A stretch of 59,933 nt of DNA from an uncultured bacterium. GTDB taxonomy: Bacteria > Hydrothermota > Hydrothermia > LBFQ01. The notes below the pieces were generated by a model. It did not search any database. It was not told the DNA's origin and worked only from the letters and a program-made list of their open reading frames with translations. The position numbers and the translations under genes were made by a program. Below, piece by piece: positions 9,165-17,676 of this stretch. Numbering within the stretch: the first letter of the stretch is position 1; every line of letters starts with the position of its first letter. The stretch lies in assembly GCA_964473735.1 (NCBI GenBank), contig CAYYQD010000004.1:1-59933 (forward strand), in the 5' to 3' direction.

Positions 9165-10949
9165 ATGTGGCTCCTCGTTGCTTACTCGCACGATTTCTAT
9201 ATGGTCCCGATGAGGGACAGCGTCAGGCTCGCCACGGACGTCTATAAGCCGACCCTTTACACGGGGAGGCTGCACACCATCCTGGTGCGGACCCCTTACG
9301 ACCGTACGGCCGTGGGTTTAAACGCCTTCATACCTTACATAACCGACGTCAGAGGCTACGCTCTGGTGATACAGAGCGTCAGGGGTTATCAGGGTAGCGA
9401 GGGGGACCCTCAGGTGTTCCGCACGGACGCGTGGGGGGAACTTCAGGACGGGTACGACGCCGTTCAGTGGATAATCTCGCAGGACTGGTCCAGCGGGAAG
9501 GTGTGCGGGGCGTGGTTCTCGGCCATGGGGATAACCCAGTACCTGCTGGCCGGCACCTATCACCCGGCCTACAAGTGCGCCGTTCCCCTCGTAGGTGCGG
9601 CGGACCTGTACCACTACGCCGCCTTTCAGGGCGGGGAGTTCAGGAAGAATCTGGTGGAGAACTGGTTGGGGGGCCTCGGTACCCCCTTCCTGATAGACAC
9701 GGTCGCCTCCCATCCCTCCTACGACAGCTCGTGGTACATCCTGAACCTGAACAGGAGGGTCTCCGGTGTGAATATTCCCATGCTTCACTTTGCAGGGTGG
9801 TTTGACCTCTTCCTTGAGAGCCAGATTGAGATATGGAACAGGCTCCAGTTTCAGGGCGGCCCCTTAGCCCGCGGAAACCAGAAGCTGATAATAGGACCGT
9901 GGACCCACCTCGCCTTCGGGCAGGCGGATCAGGGGGACATCTCCTTCCCATCCAACGCCTCCCTACCCGTCACCACGTTGGTTGATATGATAGCGGACTG
10001 GTACGACTACTGGCTCAAGGGGGAGAGCAACGGGGTGGAGGACTGGCCTCCTGTCAAGTTCTACGTAATGGGGCTGAACGAGTGGGCCACGGCCGACACC
10101 TTCCCCCCACGGGGGATACGCTACCGCCGTTGGTACCTTCACGGGGACGGGAGTATAAGCATCCTGCCCCCCGCGGCTCCGGACAGCTTCTCGGCCTACA
10201 CCTACGACCCCAACGACCCCACCCCCTCCATCGGTGGAAACGAGATGGACCTTCCCGGTGGGGACGGACCGAAGGACCAGAGACCCCTCCTAACCCGGAG
10301 CGACGTTTTAGTCTTCCAGACAGAACCTTTAACGGACACCCTGGTGGTCATAGGGAGCGTAAAGGCCAAGCTCTACGTGGAGAGCGACAGGTACGATACG
10401 GACTTTATCGTCAGAATAGCCGACGTGTATCCGGACGGTACGGCCATGCTGGTAGCCGACGGCATAATCAAGGCCCGGTACCGGTACGGCTTTGACCGGG
10501 AGGTTCTCCTGACCCCCGGGAGCATAGACTCCGTTGAGGTGAAGGTCTGGAGTACGGCGTGGGCCTTTCTGCCGGGGCACAGGCTCATGGCCATAATCTC
10601 CTCCGCCAGCTACCCGAGGTTTGAGGCCAACCCCAACAACGGAGGCCCCTTCGTGAGGGACGACACCCTCCGCTTGGTAGCCCACAACCGTATATACCAC
10701 TCCCCCCAGTACCCCTCCTACCTCGCCATCCCCATGCTCCCCTCCACGGACGTTAGGGAGTACGTGGGCATAGAGGGGCTTCCGGATTACACCCTGAAGG
10801 GCAGGAGGATATGTTCGGAGGTGTCGGCCCGGATATACGACCTCTCGGGAAGACTCCTGTTCTCCGGAAAGGGATGTACTAAAAATCTCCCCATCGGCGC
10901 CTACTTCGTAAAAACCCGCCGGAAGACCGGAAAGGTTATAGTCAGGTGA
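9165..10949 (+). CDS. CocE/NonD family hydrolase with T9SS-type C-terminal domain
   Basis: VPMRDSVRLATDVY, RTPY, GWFDLF, IGPWTH, YTYDP; nucleophile region GAWFSAMG; CTD IYDLSGR...GAYFVK...KVIVR. Confidence 0.9.
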   Translation: MWLLVAYSHDFYMVPMRDSVRLATDVYKPTLYTGRLHTILVRTPYDRTAVGLNAFIPYITDVRGYALVIQSVRGYQGSEGDPQVFRTDAWGELQDGYDAVQWIISQDWSSGKVCGAWFSAMGITQYLLAGTYHPAYKCAVPLVGAADLYHYAAFQGGEFRKNLVENWLGGLGTPFLIDTVASHPSYDSSWYILNLNRRVSGVNIPMLHFAGWFDLFLESQIEIWNRLQFQGGPLARGNQKLIIGPWTHLAFGQADQGDISFPSNASLPVTTLVDMIADWYDYWLKGESNGVEDWPPVKFYVMGLNEWATADTFPPRGIRYRRWYLHGDGSISILPPAAPDSFSAYTYDPNDPTPSIGGNEMDLPGGDGPKDQRPLLTRSDVLVFQTEPLTDTLVVIGSVKAKLYVESDRYDTDFIVRIADVYPDGTAMLVADGIIKARYRYGFDREVLLTPGSIDSVEVKVWSTAWAFLPGHRLMAIISSASYPRFEANPNNGGPFVRDDTLRLVAHNRIYHSPQYPSYLAIPMLPSTDVREYVGIEGLPDYTLKGRRICSEVSARIYDLSGRLLFSGKGCTKNLPIGAYFVKTRRKTGKVIVR

Positions 10950-11636
10950 TCAGAGGCGAATACGCCGGGTGCCCTTCAGGTACTCCACAGAGGGACTGAC
11001 GGAGTAGCACAGGTCCGATATAGGACACATGAGACACTTGGGCTTACGGGCCGAACATATCTTGTTCGCGTGCTCCTTCAGGGCTAAGTAGAGCTCTTTA
11101 TGGGGCACTCCCTCTATGCTCTCAAAGTACTCGCTTATCATCTCCTCGGTGGCGTTGTTGCCTAAGATACCCAAGCGACGGATCACCCTCTTTATGTGGG
11201 TATCAACGGGGAAGACGGGCATACCGAAGCTGAAGGCCAAAATATAGCGAACGCTCCGGGAGGGTATGCCCCTTATCTGTTTGAGGACCTCTATCGCCTC
11301 CTTGGGTTCAAGGTCCTTTATCCACGATAGGTCCCAGTTATGCTCGGCGACGAAACGGAGGAAACGCTTTATGTAGTTCGTCTTCTTGTTGGAGTAGCCG
11401 GCCACCCGTATGGCCTCCGCCACTTTCCAATCCGGAGCGTTGAGGACCTCCTCCCACGACCCGAACCGGGTGCGGAGGTTCTTGTAGGCCTCGTTTACGA
11501 CCTTCTCGCTGGCGTTCTGACCGGCCAATATGAACTTTACGATGAGCTCTATGGGGTCCTTCGGCTCCAACTCCCTGGGATCCGGGGGAAAAGTCTCAAG
11601 CAAAACCTTTATAAAATCACCGACCTCAACCTTCAC
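10950..11636 (-). CDS. Endonuclease III-family HhH-GPD DNA glycosylase with 4Fe-4S cluster (variant active site)
   Basis: FPVDTHIKRV; CSARKPKCLMCPISDLC Fe-S motif; HhH segment reads IRGIPSRSV. Confidence 0.85.
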   Translation of the reverse strand: MKVEVGDFIKVLLETFPPDPRELEPKDPIELIVKFILAGQNASEKVVNEAYKNLRTRFGSWEEVLNAPDWKVAEAIRVAGYSNKKTNYIKRFLRFVAEHNWDLSWIKDLEPKEAIEVLKQIRGIPSRSVRYILAFSFGMPVFPVDTHIKRVIRRLGILGNNATEEMISEYFESIEGVPHKELYLALKEHANKICSARKPKCLMCPISDLCYSVSPSVEYLKGTRRIRL

Positions 11637-11851
11637 AAGAAGGGATTATACGGCCGAAAATGGGGGTAGAGATAGGGTCATAAACGGAGCATGCGGGTAA
11701 AGGGCGCATATTCGGACCTACGGAAACTGCAAAGGATAACTTGAAGTAGCACTTTTTTGTGTAAGGAAGTTTTATCTTTAGAGAAGTTTCCGACGAGCGG
11801 CCTTACAATGAGCGGTGCGATGGGGCTGAAATCCTGAGCATCTTAAGAGCT

Positions 11852-12352
11852 ATGATGTCTAAGTTGGACAAGTTAGATAAGCTGGACAAGCTGGACAAGT
11901 TGGATAAGCTGAACAGACTGGACGAGATAACTACCATCCTAAAAGGCATAAAGGAGGCCATTGACGCCAAGGTTTCCGACACCGAAACCCGGATGGTGCT
12001 AAAGGTTCGCCCTAAGGAGACCGTGATAGCGCTTAAACCGGACCTCTTACCCGGAGGGAGGGCGATGGCCGATGCCGTCTTCGTATATTCGCGCGGTGGC
12101 AAGACCGTGGCGCGTATCGTTGAGGCCAGGGCCGTATGGGGAAGGGATACCACGTGGGATAGGATCCTTGAGAAGTTTGAGAACACACGGGAGTACGTTG
12201 AGGAGATGGTGCGGGAAGGACGCTTACCCTCCGTGGAGGAGTACGAACACTTCGTGGTGGTGAAGCTCTCCAAGCCTCTCGCTCCTCCGGAGAACGTGAG
12301 AGTGGTGGAGCTCACCCTTAAGGAGGTTGAGGGTGAAAGGGGGAAGCTATAG
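11852..12352 (+). CDS. Hypothetical protein with KLD tripeptide repeats and a possible PD-(D/E)XK-like domain
   Basis: (KLD)n N-terminus; ADAVFV...IVEAR resembles the D..E-x-K nuclease motif with K changed to R. Confidence 0.55.
   Translation: MMSKLDKLDKLDKLDKLDKLNRLDEITTILKGIKEAIDAKVSDTETRMVLKVRPKETVIALKPDLLPGGRAMADAVFVYSRGGKTVARIVEARAVWGRDTTWDRILEKFENTREYVEEMVREGRLPSVEEYEHFVVVKLSKPLAPPENVRVVELTLKEVEGERGKL
11861..11923 (+). repeat. 9-bp coding tandem repeat, 7 degenerate units (AAGYTRGAY)
   Basis: aagttggac aagttagat aagctggac aagctggac aagttggat aagctgaac agactggac. Confidence 0.9.
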
Positions 12353-12410
12353 CCTTAGAACGCATCAACTCACGATTCAAGGGTAGAAAGCCCGGGTATC
12401 TATAAGCGTG

Positions 12411-12448
12411 GGTACCACTCTGGGTATAAATCCTGCAGAAGTGGTACC
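12411..12448 (+). repeat. 38-bp palindromic intergenic element, copy A
   Basis: GGTACCACTCTGGGTATAAATCCTGCAGAAGTGGTACC; perfect 9-bp terminal inverted repeats; aligns without gaps to three other copies. Confidence 0.85.
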
Positions 12449-12515
12449 GTGGACGGACGGCCCCGTACCCATTTTCTCCCTACCGGCACGGCAAACTTAC
12501 GGCTACTAAATAACG

Positions 12516-13196
12516 TTGAGCATCATGGGAACGTTATTTAACGTGTGGGTGCTGAGCTTGATTGGTGGGAGGACGGTGGTAAGAGAGTGGGATGTGAAGG
12601 CATCTGTGAGAGATTCCCTAATCACGCGCCTTATAGATCCCGATACGGGAGCAAAATCCACCTTCATCATAGGTAAAACGGGCGGAAAACGTGTGATCGT
12701 TTCCCTCTTCGCTACACCCGTAGAGGAAAAGGGTAAGATGGCTCTTGGGATGGAAGTGAGAATTGGAACGGTGGCTGTGGGCGGGAGTAGATACGGTGCA
12801 TTTATGAACGTTTCCCGGGATACTCTGAACACCCTACTGAAGGCCACGGAAAAGGCCGTAAAAGTTGCGAAACTCAAACAGCTGGACGATGGAACCTTCA
12901 TGTTAGAATTGGCATACGGTGATGAATACGGCTACCAATTTGAAATATGGGTAAGAAGACCTGACGGACTATGGTACGCCCTATATCACTTTTTGAAGGG
13001 AATCTGCGAGGATACACCCCCACCGGCCATTTACTCCACCCTGCTTCCGTCCGGCACTTTGAGGTATGAGATGATCTGCGGTCAAACGGTGAGGATATAC
13101 GGAGCTTTTAACGAAGAAACGCTTGAGCATATCTACCACCTGACGGGATCTCCGGAAGAAAGCCATGAGACGGACGTGGTTGTAATGAAATGGTAA
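12516..13196 (+). CDS. Hypothetical protein, possibly secreted
   Basis: 226-aa ORF with a hydrophobic N-terminal segment; more A/T-ending codons than neighbours; start may be ATG 12525. Confidence 0.6.
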   Translation: MSIMGTLFNVWVLSLIGGRTVVREWDVKASVRDSLITRLIDPDTGAKSTFIIGKTGGKRVIVSLFATPVEEKGKMALGMEVRIGTVAVGGSRYGAFMNVSRDTLNTLLKATEKAVKVAKLKQLDDGTFMLELAYGDEYGYQFEIWVRRPDGLWYALYHFLKGICEDTPPPAIYSTLLPSGTLRYEMICGQTVRIYGAFNEETLEHIYHLTGSPEESHETDVVVMKW

Positions 13197-13274
13197 TGGA
13201 AAAATGGAAAACGGCACGCTCCCATCCCCTACGGTTTATCGGGACGGCTCAAGACCCGGTCACCTTAAAGTGTC

Positions 13275-14552
13275 CTACCTCCTTAGGACCCTCCTTACAC
13301 CCTCCGGTGTTCTGATGAGCCTTATACCTTTCGGGTTTCTCACCTTCCTGCCCGCCGGGTCGTATATGCCGAACCCACCTCTGCACACCCCAGAGGACCT
13401 TTCGGAGACGGATACGGGGACGCACGCCGGTAATACCTCGGCGGATAAGGGGGATACGACCGGATCCACATCGCGGGACAGACTCAGGGGACTGGAGACC
13501 ACACCCATGCTATCCGAAGTGATACTGGTGTTAGATACGCTCAGGGAATAAGGTTGGGTACATGAGAGGAGGCCGTTGTCCGCGCTCACCCTCACCAGAT
13601 AGGCCGTGTCCGTATAGGAGGACGTAATATCACCGTAGGCAAAGAGGTAGTTCCCCCTAACGCCTACATCAAAGAATATGTGGTTGTAGGATGTGTCGGT
13701 GTTGTAGGTCCTGCTCCATATCGGACTCCCGGTGCTATCAAGCTTGGCCACGTAATACGCCGCCACGTAGATACCTGTACTATCCGTCGTCATGGCCCTG
13801 AGGTTTCCGTTTATCATCTTCGCCCAGAGAACCGAACCGCTCCCGTCAAGATGCAGGAGAAAGGAGCTGGAACCCGTGACGGATACCACAAGCCCGTTTC
13901 CGAGGGGGGCTATGGAGTGAGTCTTTACCCCTAAAGTCACACTAACCCCGTAGCGCTTTGCCCATTGAACGTTGCCCGACGTGTCCAGCTTTACCACCAC
14001 CAGATTGGAGAGGGAGTCGGTGGCAACCATGTACAACCCCCCCGTGTGCCATACGATGCCTCCCGGATGGCGTAGACCTCCGAACACTCTGGCCGTCTGC
14101 AGGTTTCCCATGGTGTCCAGAGACACGAGGGCGGGGACGTAGGAGGATAGGGCGGTATCGTAGATACGGTACAGGAGCAGGATTTTCGTACCGATCCAGA
14201 TAACGGATTCGGTGGATACGTAAAGGTACGAGGACGGAAAGTCGTAGGAAGCGCTCCACAGCAGGGAGCCATCCTCCGCGAAGGAGTAAAGGCCCGACCC
14301 CCCGGCCACCACGTACCCTCCCGGATACCTCCCCACACTCTGCGGGTCAAAGCTCAGGCCCTTCTGCCAGACGATATTCCCCGCCGAATCCACCTTCAGA
14401 ACCCCGTAACTCGCAGCGAGCACTGTCCCCCCGTCCGGTGTCGGCCATACCGTCCCAAAAGCCGCCTTCCGGAACACCTTGAGGGACATCGGAGAGGCGT
14501 ACCCCAGTCCCGCAAAGACAACGGGGGAAGCTATCGCTAAATACACCTTCAT
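13275..14552 (-). CDS. Secreted beta-propeller protein with very short T9SS-like C-terminal domain
   Basis: Repeated KLD..G...W blades; C-terminus VSVSE...IYDPAGRKV...VRRVLRR. Confidence 0.7.
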   Translation of the reverse strand: MKVYLAIASPVVFAGLGYASPMSLKVFRKAAFGTVWPTPDGGTVLAASYGVLKVDSAGNIVWQKGLSFDPQSVGRYPGGYVVAGGSGLYSFAEDGSLLWSASYDFPSSYLYVSTESVIWIGTKILLLYRIYDTALSSYVPALVSLDTMGNLQTARVFGGLRHPGGIVWHTGGLYMVATDSLSNLVVVKLDTSGNVQWAKRYGVSVTLGVKTHSIAPLGNGLVVSVTGSSSFLLHLDGSGSVLWAKMINGNLRAMTTDSTGIYVAAYYVAKLDSTGSPIWSRTYNTDTSYNHIFFDVGVRGNYLFAYGDITSSYTDTAYLVRVSADNGLLSCTQPYSLSVSNTSITSDSMGVVSSPLSLSRDVDPVVSPLSAEVLPACVPVSVSERSSGVCRGGFGIYDPAGRKVRNPKGIRLIRTPEGVRRVLRR

Positions 14553-14808
14553 AGTACCGGAATGTTAGACGGGCGATAGGGGGCCATCTGCAGGTAGTTA
14601 AACTACCCGTGTTGAACCATATCTTCCCCTTCGTGATATGAACCCACATAACGGCAGCCGCATACCAGAGATAAGTTCCACGCAGCGTAATTCGGCCATC
14701 CTACCATTGTTGGGCTAACTGATACACCCGAACCCAAAATTCAGGTAGGCCGTTAAAACGTCCGTATAGCTGATGGAAGCATGAACACAGGAGAGGGGTC
14801 TATACGAC

Positions 14809-15447
14809 CTATCGCCCTGCTGCTCTCTTTACCGCCTTCAGGACCTTTTCGGGATCTGCCGCGCTCCCCTTGTAGTAATCTACGATGTTCCCGTTGGGGT
14901 CCACCACGTGTATCCTGTCCGTATGGACTATCTCGTAGCTATAGACCGTATCCACGACCACCTTACCGCCCACCGTGTCCGTCCTGACCTCCACGTCCAT
15001 CGGCCCGACCTCAACCACTATCCCGAGGTCCTTCATGAGGGAGTCTATAACGTCCCGGTCCCCCGTCAGGAAGATCCAGTTGGACGTGTCAACCCTGTAG
15101 AGCGTAGCGTACTCCTTCAGTACCTCCGGCTTATCCCTGCGGGGGTCAAAGGAGATACTTACGAAAAGCACCCTGGACCTGAGTGAGGGGTCCGCGTTTA
15201 CGAGCCTCTGGATCTTCTTCATGTTGCTGGTTATGAAGGGGCAGATGTCCGGGCAGTGGGTGTAGATGTACCCCACGACCAGCACCTTACCCTTGAGGTC
15301 GTCCAGTTTGACCGTATCCCCGTTCTGGTTCACCAAGACGTACCCCTTTCCATAGGGAAAACGGTGGGCGTAGTTAAGGCCCTTACCACATCCGAAAGCC
15401 CCCGCTCCCAACGCCCCCAGTGCCAGAGCTAAGAGTAGGCGACGCAT
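14809..15447 (-). CDS. SCO family copper-chaperone lipoprotein
   Basis: Lipobox AFGC; YTHCPDICP; SFDPRRD; WIFLTG; conserved His in IVHTD. Confidence 0.92.
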   Translation of the reverse strand: MRRLLLALALGALGAGAFGCGKGLNYAHRFPYGKGYVLVNQNGDTVKLDDLKGKVLVVGYIYTHCPDICPFITSNMKKIQRLVNADPSLRSRVLFVSISFDPRRDKPEVLKEYATLYRVDTSNWIFLTGDRDVIDSLMKDLGIVVEVGPMDVEVRTDTVGGKVVVDTVYSYEIVHTDRIHVVDPNGNIVDYYKGSAADPEKVLKAVKRAAGR

Positions 15448-15456
15448 GAAGTTCCA

Positions 15457-15500
15457 ATTCTACGGTTGGTGGCACACGGTACAGCCGGCGGGGGTAGAAT
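15457..15500. promoter_or_regulatory. Divergent leaderless -10 elements (sco / sdhA)
   Basis: TAGAAT on each strand, 9 nt before each ATG. Confidence 0.65.
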
Positions 15501-15509
15501 TACAGGCCT

Positions 15510-17258
15510 ATGAAAATTTCAAGGGTCCATAGGTACGACGTCGTCATCTTGGGCGCGGGGTTGGCCGGTTTGAGGGCGGCTACCGAGATTGCACGTAAGT
15601 TCGGAGACAAGGTTAAGGTCGGGATAGTCTCCAAGGTACAGCTCATGAGGGCCCACTCCGTGTGCGCGGAGGGGGGTACGGCGGCCGTTTTAAGGCCGGA
15701 GGAGGGGGATTCCTTTGAACTTCACGCCTGGGACACGATAAAGGGAAGCGACTTCTTAGCCGACCAGGACGTTGTGTTCCGTTTCGTTAAGATGATGCCC
15801 TACGAGATCCTCCTACTGGATCACTGGGGGATACCGTGGTCCAGAAAACCCGACGGCAAGATAAACACCCGCCCCTTCGGAGGACACTCCTTCTTCCGTA
15901 CGGTATTCGCACAGGACAAAACGGGCTTCTTTGAGATGCAGACTCTGTACGATACCCTCCTGAAGTTCTCCAACTACGACCGGCACGACGAGGTCTTCGC
16001 CACCCACATAATAATGAAGGACGGAAAGTTCGCCGGACTTACGGCCATAGACCTGGTGCACGGCGAGGCCGTTCTCATAACGGGTAAGGTTCTCATAATA
16101 GCGACCGGAGGGGCCGGAAGGCTTTACGGTTTCACCACCTACTCCCACTCCGTTACCGGGGACGGTCTGGCCATGGCCTACAGGGTGGGGATCCCATTAA
16201 AGGATATGGAGTTCATCCAGTTCCACCCCACGGGCCTCGTACCCTCGGGAATACTCGTGACGGAGGGGGCCAGAGGGGAAGGGGGCTACCTGCGGAACAA
16301 CACGGGGGAGAGGTTCATGAAGAAGTACGCCCCCAGCAAGATGGAGCTGGCCCCGAGGGACATCGTCTCCCGTGCGGAGATGACGGAGATAGAGGAAGGT
16401 AGAGGTTTCAAGGGGCCCGACGGCCTTGACTACGTACACCTTGACCTGACCCACTTGGGTAGGGCCAAGATACTGGAGAGGCTACCCCTGATAAGGGAGC
16501 TGGCCATAAAGTTCGCCGGCGTAGACCCCATAGAGGAGCCCATACCCGTCAGGCCGGTGGCCCACTACTCAATGGGTGGTATTCACGCCAACATAGACGG
16601 TCAGGTCATGTGGGACGGTGAGAGGGTGGTGGAGAACGTCTTCACAGCGGGTGAGGCCGCCTGCCTTTCCCTCCACGGTGCCAACCGTCTGGGATCCAAC
16701 TCCACGGCAGAGTGTCTGGTCTGGGGCCGCATAACCGGGGAGCTGGCCGCCCAGTACGCCCTCGCCAACGAGTACAATTTCAAGGAGGAGGAGGTCCTTC
16801 AGGAGGCGGAAAAGGAGTTCAAGAGGATAGAGGGGATCCTCAACAGGAAGGGGGAGGAGAGCCCCTACAGGATAAGGAGAGAGCTCCAGCGCACTATGGA
16901 CCTCAACGTGGGGGTGTTCCGCACCCGGGACGGCCTTGAGAAGGCTCTGGACAAGATAAGGGAGCTGAAGGAAAGGTTCAAGAAGGTAGGGGTGAAGGAT
17001 AAGAGCCTCGTCTGGAACACGGACCTGATCTTCACCTTAGAGACGGAGTTCCTTCTGGACTTGGCCGAGGTGGTGGCCATGGGAGCCCTACTGCGGGAGG
17101 AGAGTCGCGGTGGGCACTTCCGCAGGGACTTCCCCAAGAGGGACGACGAGAAGTGGCTGAAGCACACCTTAGCCTTCAGAGGGGAAGACGGCAGCCCCCG
17201 GTACGATTACATCCCCGTGAATATAACCTACTGGAAGCCGGTAGAGAGGAAGTACTGA
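15510..17258 (+). CDS. sdhA: Succinate dehydrogenase/fumarate reductase flavoprotein subunit
   Basis: GAGLAG, RAHSVCAEGG (FAD His), QFHPT, TEGARGEGG, HYSMGG, HGANRLGSNS, ESRGGH. Confidence 0.93.
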   Translation: MKISRVHRYDVVILGAGLAGLRAATEIARKFGDKVKVGIVSKVQLMRAHSVCAEGGTAAVLRPEEGDSFELHAWDTIKGSDFLADQDVVFRFVKMMPYEILLLDHWGIPWSRKPDGKINTRPFGGHSFFRTVFAQDKTGFFEMQTLYDTLLKFSNYDRHDEVFATHIIMKDGKFAGLTAIDLVHGEAVLITGKVLIIATGGAGRLYGFTTYSHSVTGDGLAMAYRVGIPLKDMEFIQFHPTGLVPSGILVTEGARGEGGYLRNNTGERFMKKYAPSKMELAPRDIVSRAEMTEIEEGRGFKGPDGLDYVHLDLTHLGRAKILERLPLIRELAIKFAGVDPIEEPIPVRPVAHYSMGGIHANIDGQVMWDGERVVENVFTAGEAACLSLHGANRLGSNSTAECLVWGRITGELAAQYALANEYNFKEEEVLQEAEKEFKRIEGILNRKGEESPYRIRRELQRTMDLNVGVFRTRDGLEKALDKIRELKERFKKVGVKDKSLVWNTDLIFTLETEFLLDLAEVVAMGALLREESRGGHFRRDFPKRDDEKWLKHTLAFRGEDGSPRYDYIPVNITYWKPVERKY

Positions 17259-17602
17259 TGCTGTTGGTGGCCCTCCTCTCGCTCCCTCCGGAGGTGGCCT
17301 CCAACCCTCCTAAGTTAGTGGCGTGGGCCGTTATCCGGATTTATCAGATGTTCCTCTCCGACATCCAGCCCGACGTGTGCAACTTCGCCCACCCTATGAC
17401 CTGCTCACGGTACGGGAGGAGGGCCGTTGAGAAGTACGGTGCGTGGGGGATCCTCATGGCGGCGGACAGACTCCAGAGGTGCAACCCGGTCTCTCACGAA
17501 CTGGTAGGATACATATACGACTCCAAAGACGGCAAGCTGGTGGATACCCTTGACCTCTTCTCCCCGAATGCCGAGGAGATACCTAAGGTCCTGCTGCGAT
17601 GA
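17258..17602 (+). CDS. yidD: YidD-like membrane protein insertion efficiency factor
   Basis: IRIYQ..S...CNF...TCSRY...A..KYG...RLQRCNP; ATG overlaps the sdhA stop (TGATG). Confidence 0.75.
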   Translation: MLLVALLSLPPEVASNPPKLVAWAVIRIYQMFLSDIQPDVCNFAHPMTCSRYGRRAVEKYGAWGILMAADRLQRCNPVSHELVGYIYDSKDGKLVDTLDLFSPNAEEIPKVLLR

Positions 17603-17676
17603 TATACTTAGTACTGGCTTACATCATATTCTGGGTGGTGGCTCTGGCGTACGGGTACTACCTCCTTAAGGCGTGA
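17599..17676 (+). CDS. Small CcmD-like membrane peptide, 25 aa (not in ORF track)
   Basis: MIYLVLAYIIFWVVALAYGYYLLKA; Y-L-x-x-A-Y-x-x-x-W pattern typical of CcmD-family peptides; ATGA and GTGA overlaps with both neighbours. Confidence 0.7.
   Translation: MIYLVLAYIIFWVVALAYGYYLLKA

Noticed and set aside
11745-11777. AGTAGCACTT...GGAAGTTTTATC as a fifth repeat copy
   Set aside because: Shorter spacing and too many mismatches
14597-14700. Short minus-strand ORF (MAELRCVELISG...)
   Set aside because: No -10 or SD signal and no recognisable features
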